From assembly GCA_963796055.1 (NCBI GenBank), contig CAWCKH010000004.1:3008001-3072000 (forward strand): 64,000 nucleotides of DNA, given 5' to 3'. Shown here piece by piece: positions 19,735 to 26,917 of the stretch; within the stretch, counting starts at the first letter, position 1; every line of letters starts with the position of its first letter. Origin of the DNA: an uncultured delta proteobacterium (lineage in GTDB: Bacteria; Myxococcota; Myxococcia; Myxococcales; Myxococcaceae). The notes under the pieces were generated by a model. It was not told where the DNA came from. It worked only from the letters and a program-made list of their open reading frames with translations, and searched no databases. Made by a program: the position numbers and the translations under genes.

Positions 19735-20040
19735 ATGGGCAACCCGACGTCGTCCCGGACGTGGATGTGGTTCGCAGCCTCGGCGCTTCTGGCGCTGACC
19801 AGTACCGCCGCGCAAGCCGGTGGGTTCGGCGGTCGCGACGACGACGAGTGGTCCGAGGACGGGCACGAGGAGCACGAGCCGTATGCGATCGGGCTGTGGG
19901 GCGACCTTCCCTATTCCACCTCGCAGGCCGACACCGGCATCCCGAACCTCATCGCCGACATGAACGCGCAGCAGCTGGCGTTCACCGCGCACGACCTCTC
20001 GCTCGCGTCGGCCAACCGCGTCGCGGTCCCGGCGCCGTAG
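19735..20040 (+). pseudogene. Internally deleted secreted calcineurin-like metallophosphoesterase
   Basis: AGGAGG RBS, signal peptide, then GLWGDLPY...IADMNAQQLAFTAHD. The expected GD motif and all later motifs are absent; stop after 101 aa. Confidence 0.7.
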
Positions 20041-20049
20041 CGAGCGCCC

Positions 20050-20505
20050 TTACCGGGGGTTGGTGCCCTTCTTCAAGTACGAGACGTGGCAGCGGACGCA
20101 CGTCTCCATCGTCCGGCCGAACGCCGGGGCCAGCGCCGTGTCGTCGTACTTGCGCGCGGCGGTGGCCAGCTCGGTGACCCTTTCTCGAAGTTGCTGATCG
20201 AGCTGCTGGAAGCGGGTGTCCTTCACCACCCCGCCGTCCACCTTCAGGGTGAGCGCGGTGTCCAGCCGGATGCGGTCGGCGGTCTCGGCGATGGCCTTCC
20301 GGTCGACGACGGTCACCGCGTGGGTGAGGGCGAGCAGGTCGGCGCCGTGCCGACTCATCCGGTCGGCGAGCTTGGCCTCGGCGTCGCTGGGGACGCGATC
20401 GGCAGGCATCACCACCGGGGCGGAAGCGCCTTGCTGCTGCGCGTGGGCAGCCACCCATCCCCCTGCGGCCAGCACACAGAACCCTGCGAGGACCCACCGC
20501 GTCAT
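20050..20505 (-). CDS. Class II (c'-like) periplasmic cytochrome c
   Basis: Signal peptide, helical body and a single C-terminal CVRCH. ATG at 20505 with GGAGGG RBS. Confidence 0.8.
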   Translation of the reverse strand: MTRWVLAGFCVLAAGGWVAAHAQQQGASAPVVMPADRVPSDAEAKLADRMSRHGADLLALTHAVTVVDRKAIAETADRIRLDTALTLKVDGGVVKDTRFQQLDQQLRERVTELATAARKYDDTALAPAFGRTMETCVRCHVSYLKKGTNPR

Positions 20506-20632
20506 GTGCGCACCCTCCCGCGTCCGGACGCTACCGCGGCCGGGCAGGGCAGGCGAGGACGAAGGGTCCCCTGCGGAGATCCATCGGCGGGCCTCCTGCG
20601 TTCGAGGCGCGGAACCCTTCCAGGAGCCTTCC

Positions 20633-21676
20633 ATGCCGAACGTCCCCGCGCTGCTGCTCTCCGCGCTCGTCGTGCTCTCGTCGTCCGATACTCCGCCGTC
20701 CCGCCCACCGCCCGGCCGGCAGGCCCACGCCGAGCCAGACATCGCCCGGCCTTTGCGGTGGCTGCTCCAGGCGCAAGGGCAGGACGGAGGCTGGGGGCCG
20801 GAGGCCGGCGCCCCGGCGGACGTGGCCACCACCAGCCTCTCCGGCATCGCCCTGCTCCGGCTGGGACAGGATGGGCAGGGGCTCTCGGAACCCACCCGCC
20901 GCGCTCTGCGCTACGTCATCCGGGCCGTCGAGCGTGCGCCGGAGCCGTCCGCGTACATCCAGGCAGAGGGGACGCAGCCGCAGCGCAAGCTCGGCCGGGG
21001 AATCGACACCTTCCTCGCCGCGCAGTTCCTCGGAGAGGGGCTGCGCTCGCTCCCCGCCGGGCCGGAGCGCGATCGCACCCGTGCCGCGCTCGATCTCTGC
21101 GTGGCGAAGATCCAGGCGCTGCAGCGGGAGGACGGCAGCTTCTCCAAGGACGGCTGGGCACCGGTGCTCTCCAGCGCCTTCGCCGCCAATGGCCTCCACG
21201 TGGCCAAGGAGGTCGGCGCCAAGGTCGAGAACCGCGCCCTGGCGCGCTCCGAGGAGTACATGCTCCATGGCTACGACCGGGAGCGGAAGGCGTTCCGGAC
21301 CGACGACGCGGCGGGGGTGGCGCTGTACCAGGCGGCGGGCTCGCTCGACGCCGCAGCCCGCGCGGGCAAGCTCGCCGAGGCGCCGGCCCAGGCGGCCCGG
21401 GCGCACCTCGCGGACGAGGCATTCGTCCGCGGCTTCGGCAGCTACGGTGGCGAGGAGCACGTCTCGTACCTCCTCTCCACCGAGGCCTTCGCCCGGGGCG
21501 GTGGGGAGGACTGGACGCGGTGGAGCACGTCGATCCGCACCCGGCTCGCGGGCATCCAGCGCGAGGACGGGACCTGGCGTGGCGACCACTGCATCACCAG
21601 CACCTCGTTCTGCACCGCCGCCTCGCTGATCACCCTGGCCATCCGGCCAGGCAGCCTCCCAGTGAAGCGGGGGTGA
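20633..21676 (+). CDS. Secreted prenyltransferase/squalene-cyclase-repeat (alpha/alpha toroid) protein
   Basis: QW-like repeats WLLQAQGQDGGWG, LQREDGSF and IQREDGTW; signal peptide; AGGAG RBS. Confidence 0.75.
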   Translation: MPNVPALLLSALVVLSSSDTPPSRPPPGRQAHAEPDIARPLRWLLQAQGQDGGWGPEAGAPADVATTSLSGIALLRLGQDGQGLSEPTRRALRYVIRAVERAPEPSAYIQAEGTQPQRKLGRGIDTFLAAQFLGEGLRSLPAGPERDRTRAALDLCVAKIQALQREDGSFSKDGWAPVLSSAFAANGLHVAKEVGAKVENRALARSEEYMLHGYDRERKAFRTDDAAGVALYQAAGSLDAAARAGKLAEAPAQAARAHLADEAFVRGFGSYGGEEHVSYLLSTEAFARGGGEDWTRWSTSIRTRLAGIQREDGTWRGDHCITSTSFCTAASLITLAIRPGSLPVKRG

Positions 21677-21750
21677 CGAGCAGCGAGCGGTGATTGACCC
21701 TCGGCCTGCGGAGCGGGCTGATCCCGCTCCCCCGTCACAGGAGGACTGAC

Positions 21751-22116
21751 ATGGCCAATCCCTTCGTCCACGTCGAGCTGCAGACCACTGATCTCAAGAA
21801 GGCCCGCGACTTCTATGCCCGGCTGTTCGACTGGAAGCTCGAGGACGCGCCGGTACCCGGTTTCGGCACCTACACGATGATCGGCGTCGGGGAGGGGACC
21901 GGCGGCGGAATGATGGCCAGCCCCAATCCGGGCGGGCCGTCCCAGTGGCTGGCCTACGTGGACGTCCCCGACCTCGCCTCGGCCACCCGGAAGGCGAAGG
22001 AGCTGGGGGCGAAGGTGCTGGTCGACAGCACCCCGGTCGCGGACATGGGGAAGTTCAGCATCATCGCCGACCCCACCGGCGCGGCGCTCGGACTGTGGCA
22101 GACGACGCGCAAGTGA
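21751..22116 (+). CDS. VOC (glyoxalase/bleomycin resistance) family protein
   Basis: FVHVELQTTD..ARDFY..LFDW, WLAYVDV.D and DPTGAALGLWQ; AGGAGG RBS. Confidence 0.92.
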   Translation: MANPFVHVELQTTDLKKARDFYARLFDWKLEDAPVPGFGTYTMIGVGEGTGGGMMASPNPGGPSQWLAYVDVPDLASATRKAKELGAKVLVDSTPVADMGKFSIIADPTGAALGLWQTTRK

Positions 22117-22215
22117 GCGTCTGAGCGGTCCCCGCTGGTCGCACGCGCCCAGCGGGTCTTCAACACGGGGGGGTGTCTGGTGTGCGACAGCTCGCCCGAC
22201 CGATGCTTGGGGGCA

Positions 22216-23478
22216 ATGCGACCGAGCTTCGTCGGCCTCGCCCTCGGCCTGCTCTGCACGGGATGCGGCGACTCCGGCCCCGGAGGCACCCGCAGCTACT
22301 GGCTCGCAGCCTCCGGGACCCAGCTGGTGGTGACGGGACCGGCCACCGGCTTCCGGCTCACCCAGGCGAACCTGGCAGAGGACGTGGAGGTGGTCGCCAT
22401 TCACCAGGAGTTCTACGGCGTGCCCTGGGACGCCTTTGCCGCGACGCAGCCCGCTCCTCCCGGCTGGGCCACCGCGATGGCCGACCTCGCCGGATTCGCC
22501 CGCGGGGCGGGCAAGCAGGTCTTCCTCTCACTCTCCCCCCTGGACGGCAGCCGGACCTCGCTGGCGCCTCGCATCCGGGTGACGAATGGGGTCGAGGTCA
22601 TGGAGAGCGGCTGGGCCCCCCGGTGCTGGGACTTCCGGGCCGCGTCCGATGGCACCACCTGGCGTGACGCCTACGTCCGCTACGTCCAGTGGATGGTCGA
22701 CCTCTTCCAGCCGGAGTTCCTGAACGTCGGCATCGAGATCAACCTCTGGGACGTCCAGTGCCCGTCGGCCTGGGAGGGGATGGTGGACGTGGTGAACGCG
22801 GCCTACGACGGGGCGAAGCAGCGCCGGCCCGCGGCACGCGTCTTTCCATCGATCCAGATCGACGCGCTCTACGGGCTGGCACCGGGCAGCTGTCCGGCAG
22901 GCGCGGCGCCCGCCCAGTGCTACGAGACCGCCTACGGGCATCTGGCCCGCCTGAAGCGGGACCGGTTCGCCATCTCCTCCTACCCCTACCTGGGGGCGGT
23001 GCCGTCGCTCGAGGCGCTTCCTGCGGACTGGTTCACCCGGGCCGCGGCGCGAGGCGGCGAGCGGCCGCTCATCGCCGAGGCCGGATGGCTCTCCACCCCG
23101 CTGGTGGTCCAGAGCGCGAGCGGGCAATGCGTCACCGCGCTCAGCAGCGACGAGAGCTTCGCCACGGCGTACCTGGATCGCCTCCTGAGCGACGCGGAGC
23201 GCGCGGGGATGGAGCTGGTGACGTGGATCTCCGATCGCGATCTGCTGGTCGCCCCCTTGATGACCGACTGCGGATGCCACCAGAGCTCGGAGTGGTGCGC
23301 GGTGCGGGACCTCTTCCGGGGACCTCCCCCGAGCGGTACGGTCGACACCCAGATCCAGGGCGAGCTCATGATGAAAGCCTTCGGAGCCATGGGGCTGCGG
23401 ACCTACGACGGTGCACCCAGGCCGGCGGTGTACGGGCGGTGGGAGCAAGCGCGACGGCTGCCCGTGGCCGGACAGTGA
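22216..23478 (+). CDS. Lipoprotein, putative clan-A-like glycoside hydrolase (TIM barrel)
   Basis: Lipobox-like LLCTGC; candidate acid/base VGIEIN, ISSYPY and candidate nucleophile IAEAGW. Confidence 0.6.
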   Translation: MRPSFVGLALGLLCTGCGDSGPGGTRSYWLAASGTQLVVTGPATGFRLTQANLAEDVEVVAIHQEFYGVPWDAFAATQPAPPGWATAMADLAGFARGAGKQVFLSLSPLDGSRTSLAPRIRVTNGVEVMESGWAPRCWDFRAASDGTTWRDAYVRYVQWMVDLFQPEFLNVGIEINLWDVQCPSAWEGMVDVVNAAYDGAKQRRPAARVFPSIQIDALYGLAPGSCPAGAAPAQCYETAYGHLARLKRDRFAISSYPYLGAVPSLEALPADWFTRAAARGGERPLIAEAGWLSTPLVVQSASGQCVTALSSDESFATAYLDRLLSDAERAGMELVTWISDRDLLVAPLMTDCGCHQSSEWCAVRDLFRGPPPSGTVDTQIQGELMMKAFGAMGLRTYDGAPRPAVYGRWEQARRLPVAGQ

Positions 23479-23564
23479 GGCCCGGGTCGCGTGGCGCTGG
23501 AAGCGCTCCTGGCGTCGATGGTAGGCCCCTGGCCCGGCCACGGTGGAAGGGGAGCACGACGACG

Positions 23565-24518
23565 ATGAAGGTGCTGGTCGCGGACGAGCTGTCGGCGGAA
23601 GGTCTGGAGACGCTGCGCAGCGCCCCCGAGCTGACTGTGGAGGTGCGGACCGGGCTGAAGCCGGCCGAGCTCAAGGCCATCCTCGGCGACTACGACGTGC
23701 TCGCGGTCCGCAGCGCCACCCGGGTCACCGCCGAGGTGCTCGAGAACCCGGGCCGACTGAAGATCATCGGCCGCGCCGGGGTGGGAGTGGACAACATCGA
23801 CATCGAGGCCGCCACCCGGAAGGGCGTGGTGGTGATGAACACCCCCGGCGGGAACTCGGTGGCGGTGGCCGAGCTGACCATCGGTCTGATGCTCGCCCTT
23901 CTCCGGGAATTGGTGCCGGCGATCGGCGCGACCAAGTCCGGCAAGTGGGAGAAGAAGAGGTTCGCCACGGGCCACGAGCTGTTCCGCAAGACGGTGGGCC
24001 TGGTGGGCTTCGGCAGCATCGGGCAGCTGGTCGCCCAGCGGTGCATCGCCTTCGGCACCACGGTCATCGCCTATGATCCGCACCCGGTCGAGGCGTCGCG
24101 ACGGCTGGGAGTGCAGATCGTCCCCCTCCAGGAGCTGTTCCGGCGCGCGGACATCGTCTCGCTGCACCTGCCGCTGATGGAGAACACCCGCAAGCTGGTG
24201 GGCAAGAGGCTGCTCGGGTCGATGAGGAAGGGCAGCTACCTCGTCAACTGCGCCCGGGGTGGCATCGTGGACGAGGCGGCGCTGGTCGAGGCACTCCGGG
24301 ACGGCACCCTGGCCGGGGCGGCGATGGACGTGTTCGCCACCGAGCCGGTGCCGGCGGACCACCCCTTACTGTCGCTGGAGAACTTCCTCTGCACCCCCCA
24401 CATCGGGGCGTCCACCGAGGAGGGACAGCTCGCCTGCGCCAACCAGCTGGCCGAGCAGCTCGTGGAGTACGCCCGCACCGGCCACATCCGCCACGCCCTG
24501 AACGGCTCCACGCAGTGA
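23565..24518 (+). CDS. serA: D-3-phosphoglycerate dehydrogenase-like D-2-hydroxyacid dehydrogenase (short form, no ACT domain)
   Basis: VRSATRV, GRAGVGVDNID, NTPGGN, GFGSIG, NCARGG and TPHIGAST; 317 aa. Confidence 0.8.
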   Translation: MKVLVADELSAEGLETLRSAPELTVEVRTGLKPAELKAILGDYDVLAVRSATRVTAEVLENPGRLKIIGRAGVGVDNIDIEAATRKGVVVMNTPGGNSVAVAELTIGLMLALLRELVPAIGATKSGKWEKKRFATGHELFRKTVGLVGFGSIGQLVAQRCIAFGTTVIAYDPHPVEASRRLGVQIVPLQELFRRADIVSLHLPLMENTRKLVGKRLLGSMRKGSYLVNCARGGIVDEAALVEALRDGTLAGAAMDVFATEPVPADHPLLSLENFLCTPHIGASTEEGQLACANQLAEQLVEYARTGHIRHALNGSTQ

Positions 24519-24593
24519 GCGGGTCCCCTGGGCGGCGCCCCCGCGGGGCGCTGGTTCCCTCCCTGACACTTCGTTCCTAGCTTCGGCGGCACC

Positions 24594-25226
24594 ATGCCCC
24601 GCAGCGACAGATTCGACCATTTCACCGTCCCGACGTCCGATGCCGACCGGGACCTGGCCCGCCGGGACAAGCAGGAGGTCGCCGGCCAGTCGGCCGCCCC
24701 CCACGGCGAGACCGACATCCGCTACGGCAAGAAGTTCGCCGAGACCGAGGCCATCCTCAGGGCACGTGCCGAGGAGCGCGCCGCGGTCGAGCCGCAGGAT
24801 TCGGCCGAGACGCCGGACCTGCACCTTGGATCCACCGAGCAACAGGTCACCCCGAGCTCCGGCCCGCCCGCGTCCGGCGCCGTCGCCAGCGAGGTGGGGA
24901 TGCCGGGGATGCGCCAGAGAGCCTCCGGCAAGCGCCGCCACCGCCGCAAGGCCGAGCGCGCCGTCGAGCGGGACGAGACGCCGCCGCTGGGGGCGATGCC
25001 CTCGGCGGAGCTTCCGCCCGCGGCGGAGCAGGTCCTGGCCGAGACCCCCGCCGAGCTCATCGGGGCGTTCCGCGACCAGGTCGACCGCTCGGTGCGCGGG
25101 GTGGGGGAGGCGGCGCGCCAGCTCCGGGCGGCGGGGCGGGAGCTGGCGCGACTGCCGGTGGAGGCGCTCCGGGTCGCCATCCGCGTCGGGCGTTCCTGGC
25201 TCGGCCGCTCGCCCCGCCGTGCATGA
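24594..25226 (+). CDS. Hypothetical protein
   Basis: ORF with host-like codon usage filling the gap before the stress cluster; no family recognised. Confidence 0.6.
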   Translation: MPRSDRFDHFTVPTSDADRDLARRDKQEVAGQSAAPHGETDIRYGKKFAETEAILRARAEERAAVEPQDSAETPDLHLGSTEQQVTPSSGPPASGAVASEVGMPGMRQRASGKRRHRRKAERAVERDETPPLGAMPSAELPPAAEQVLAETPAELIGAFRDQVDRSVRGVGEAARQLRAAGRELARLPVEALRVAIRVGRSWLGRSPRRA

Positions 25227-25245
25227 AGGGTGTAGCGTTTTCCAC

Positions 25246-25683
25246 GTGAACGGGCGCACGCACAGGACGAGGGACGACCGGCCAGGGGCGACCGAGCTGA
25301 TGGTACAGCTGGCCGCCGACCTCGGGCACCTCGTGGCCCAGCACATCGCCCTGGCCAGGCTCGAGCTCGGCGAGACCGCCCGCCGCACGGGGGTGAGCGT
25401 GGCACAGATCGCCGCCTGCGCCCCGCTGGTGCTGGTGGGCTACGCCTTCTTGAACGCCGCGCTGGCCCTGGCGCTCGGCCGCTGGCTCCCCCTGGCCGGG
25501 GCAGTGGCCCTGGTGGGCCTGCTCAACGTCGCCGGGGGCACGCTGGGCGTCGTCCTCGCCGCGCGCGGCTTGCGCCGACCCAAGCTCGACGAGTCGGTGC
25601 ACGAGCTGGAGCGCACCGCCCAGGCGCTCGCCCCGCATCGGTCCGGGGCCAACGGCCACCCCGCGCTGGAGCGCCGGCCATGA
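25246..25683 (+). CDS. YqjE-like ('phage holin family') membrane protein
   Basis: LAADLGHLVAQHIALARLEL followed by two TMs. Start is GTG 25246 or ATG 25300. Confidence 0.75.
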   Translation: MNGRTHRTRDDRPGATELMVQLAADLGHLVAQHIALARLELGETARRTGVSVAQIAACAPLVLVGYAFLNAALALALGRWLPLAGAVALVGLLNVAGGTLGVVLAARGLRRPKLDESVHELERTAQALAPHRSGANGHPALERRP

Positions 25684-25892
25684 CCATCGCCCGCCACGGA
25701 GCGCCGACGACCGAGGCCGAGCTCCGCGAGGAGATCGCGCGCGCGCGGACCCAGGTGGTGGACACCGCCCAGGCGCTGAGACGCCAGCTGCACGACATCT
25801 GGGACGTTCGCTACTGGGTGGCCCGCCGCCCAGGCCTCACCCTGGGGATCGCCTTTGCCACCGGTCTGTGGCTGGGCATCCGGCGCCGCTGA
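25680..25892 (+). CDS. DUF3618-like small membrane-anchored protein
   Basis: ELREEIARAR.QVVDT..AL and C-terminal TM ending in RRR; ATGA overlap. Confidence 0.7.
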   Translation: MTIARHGAPTTEAELREEIARARTQVVDTAQALRRQLHDIWDVRYWVARRPGLTLGIAFATGLWLGIRRR

Positions 25893-25931
25893 CCCAACAC
25901 TCGGAACACCGACCACACCGGAGACGAACCA

Positions 25932-26126
25932 ATGCCCACCACCGACACGCTGTCCGACACGGCCCGCGACATCCAGAACCGGGTGGGCCCCCAGCTCGAA
26001 GAGGCGCGGCGAGAGCTGGACTCGCTGAACCAGCGGGTGGCAGGGTTCATCAAGGAGCGCCCCATCGCCTCGCTGGCCATCGCCCTGGCCGCGGGATTCG
26101 TCATCGGGCGGATCGCCTCTCGCTGA
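25932..26126 (+). CDS. ElaB/YqjD-like tail-anchored protein
   Basis: FIKERPIASLAIALAAGFVIGRI C-terminal anchor; GGAG RBS. Confidence 0.75.
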   Translation: MPTTDTLSDTARDIQNRVGPQLEEARRELDSLNQRVAGFIKERPIASLAIALAAGFVIGRIASR

Positions 26127-26147
26127 ACCCCGAACCGGACCCCACGC

Positions 26148-26513
26148 ATGGCCACCAATCCCCCTTCCGGTAACGGACAGCACCAGACGCAGGGTTTCGT
26201 CGGCCGGGTGGGCCACCTGAACGACAGCGCCCACCAGCTCCTCGAGGAGGCGAAGAGCACCTTCGAGGACCTCGGCCAGGTCATCGACCTCCGCGGACGC
26301 GTGCAGCGGCATCCCTACGCGATGGTTGCCGCGGCCCTCGGCGTGGGGTACGTGCTCGGGGGTGGCCTCTTCAGTGCGCTCACCTTCCGGGTGGTCGGCC
26401 TCGGAATGCGGCTGGCGGCAGTCCCGCTGGTGAAGAACCAGCTGCTCGGCCTAGCCGAGGCCGCAGTGTCTGGATTCACCGGCGGCAGAGACGACGTCGG
26501 CTCGCCGTCCTGA
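26148..26513 (+). CDS. YqjD-like membrane protein
   Basis: VQRHPYAMVAAALGVGYVLGGG motif. Confidence 0.7.
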   Translation: MATNPPSGNGQHQTQGFVGRVGHLNDSAHQLLEEAKSTFEDLGQVIDLRGRVQRHPYAMVAAALGVGYVLGGGLFSALTFRVVGLGMRLAAVPLVKNQLLGLAEAAVSGFTGGRDDVGSPS

Positions 26514-26526
26514 GAGGAGAACCACG

Positions 26527-26808
26527 ATGCTGAGCCTGAAGGATCTCAAGAAGCTGGACCGGGACGACCTCCTGGACCTGGTGGGCCTGCAGCGGGCGAG
26601 CTCGAGCGACTGGGTGGCTCCGGCGCTGACCGCGCTGGGCGTGGGGCTCCTGGTCGGCGTCGGGGTGGGCCTGCTGCTCGCGCCCAAGCCGGGCGTCGAG
26701 CTGCGCAACGACCTTCGGGACAAGCTCCGCTCCGCGCAGGATGCCCTGCCGGATCAGCTCAAGGGTGCGACCTCGAGCGCAGGCGCCTCGACCCGCTCCG
26801 TTCCCTGA
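26527..26808 (+). CDS. YtxH-domain protein
   Basis: GLLVGVGVGLLLAPKPGVELRNDL; GAGGAG RBS. Confidence 0.82.
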   Translation: MLSLKDLKKLDRDDLLDLVGLQRASSSDWVAPALTALGVGLLVGVGVGLLLAPKPGVELRNDLRDKLRSAQDALPDQLKGATSSAGASTRSVP

Positions 26809-26917
26809 GCCGGAGCCGGCGCGGGGGCACATCGGGCTTGTCCGGCCCGGGGGGTGACGGCAACATGCCGGCCCCCTGTCACCGCGTTTCCCGTCCGCCG
26901 GGCGCCGCTTCCTGCGC

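Noticed and set aside
25246..25683. Prophage suggested by a 'holin family' protein
   Set aside because: YqjE-like protein in a stress cluster; no phage structural, lysis or integrase genes.
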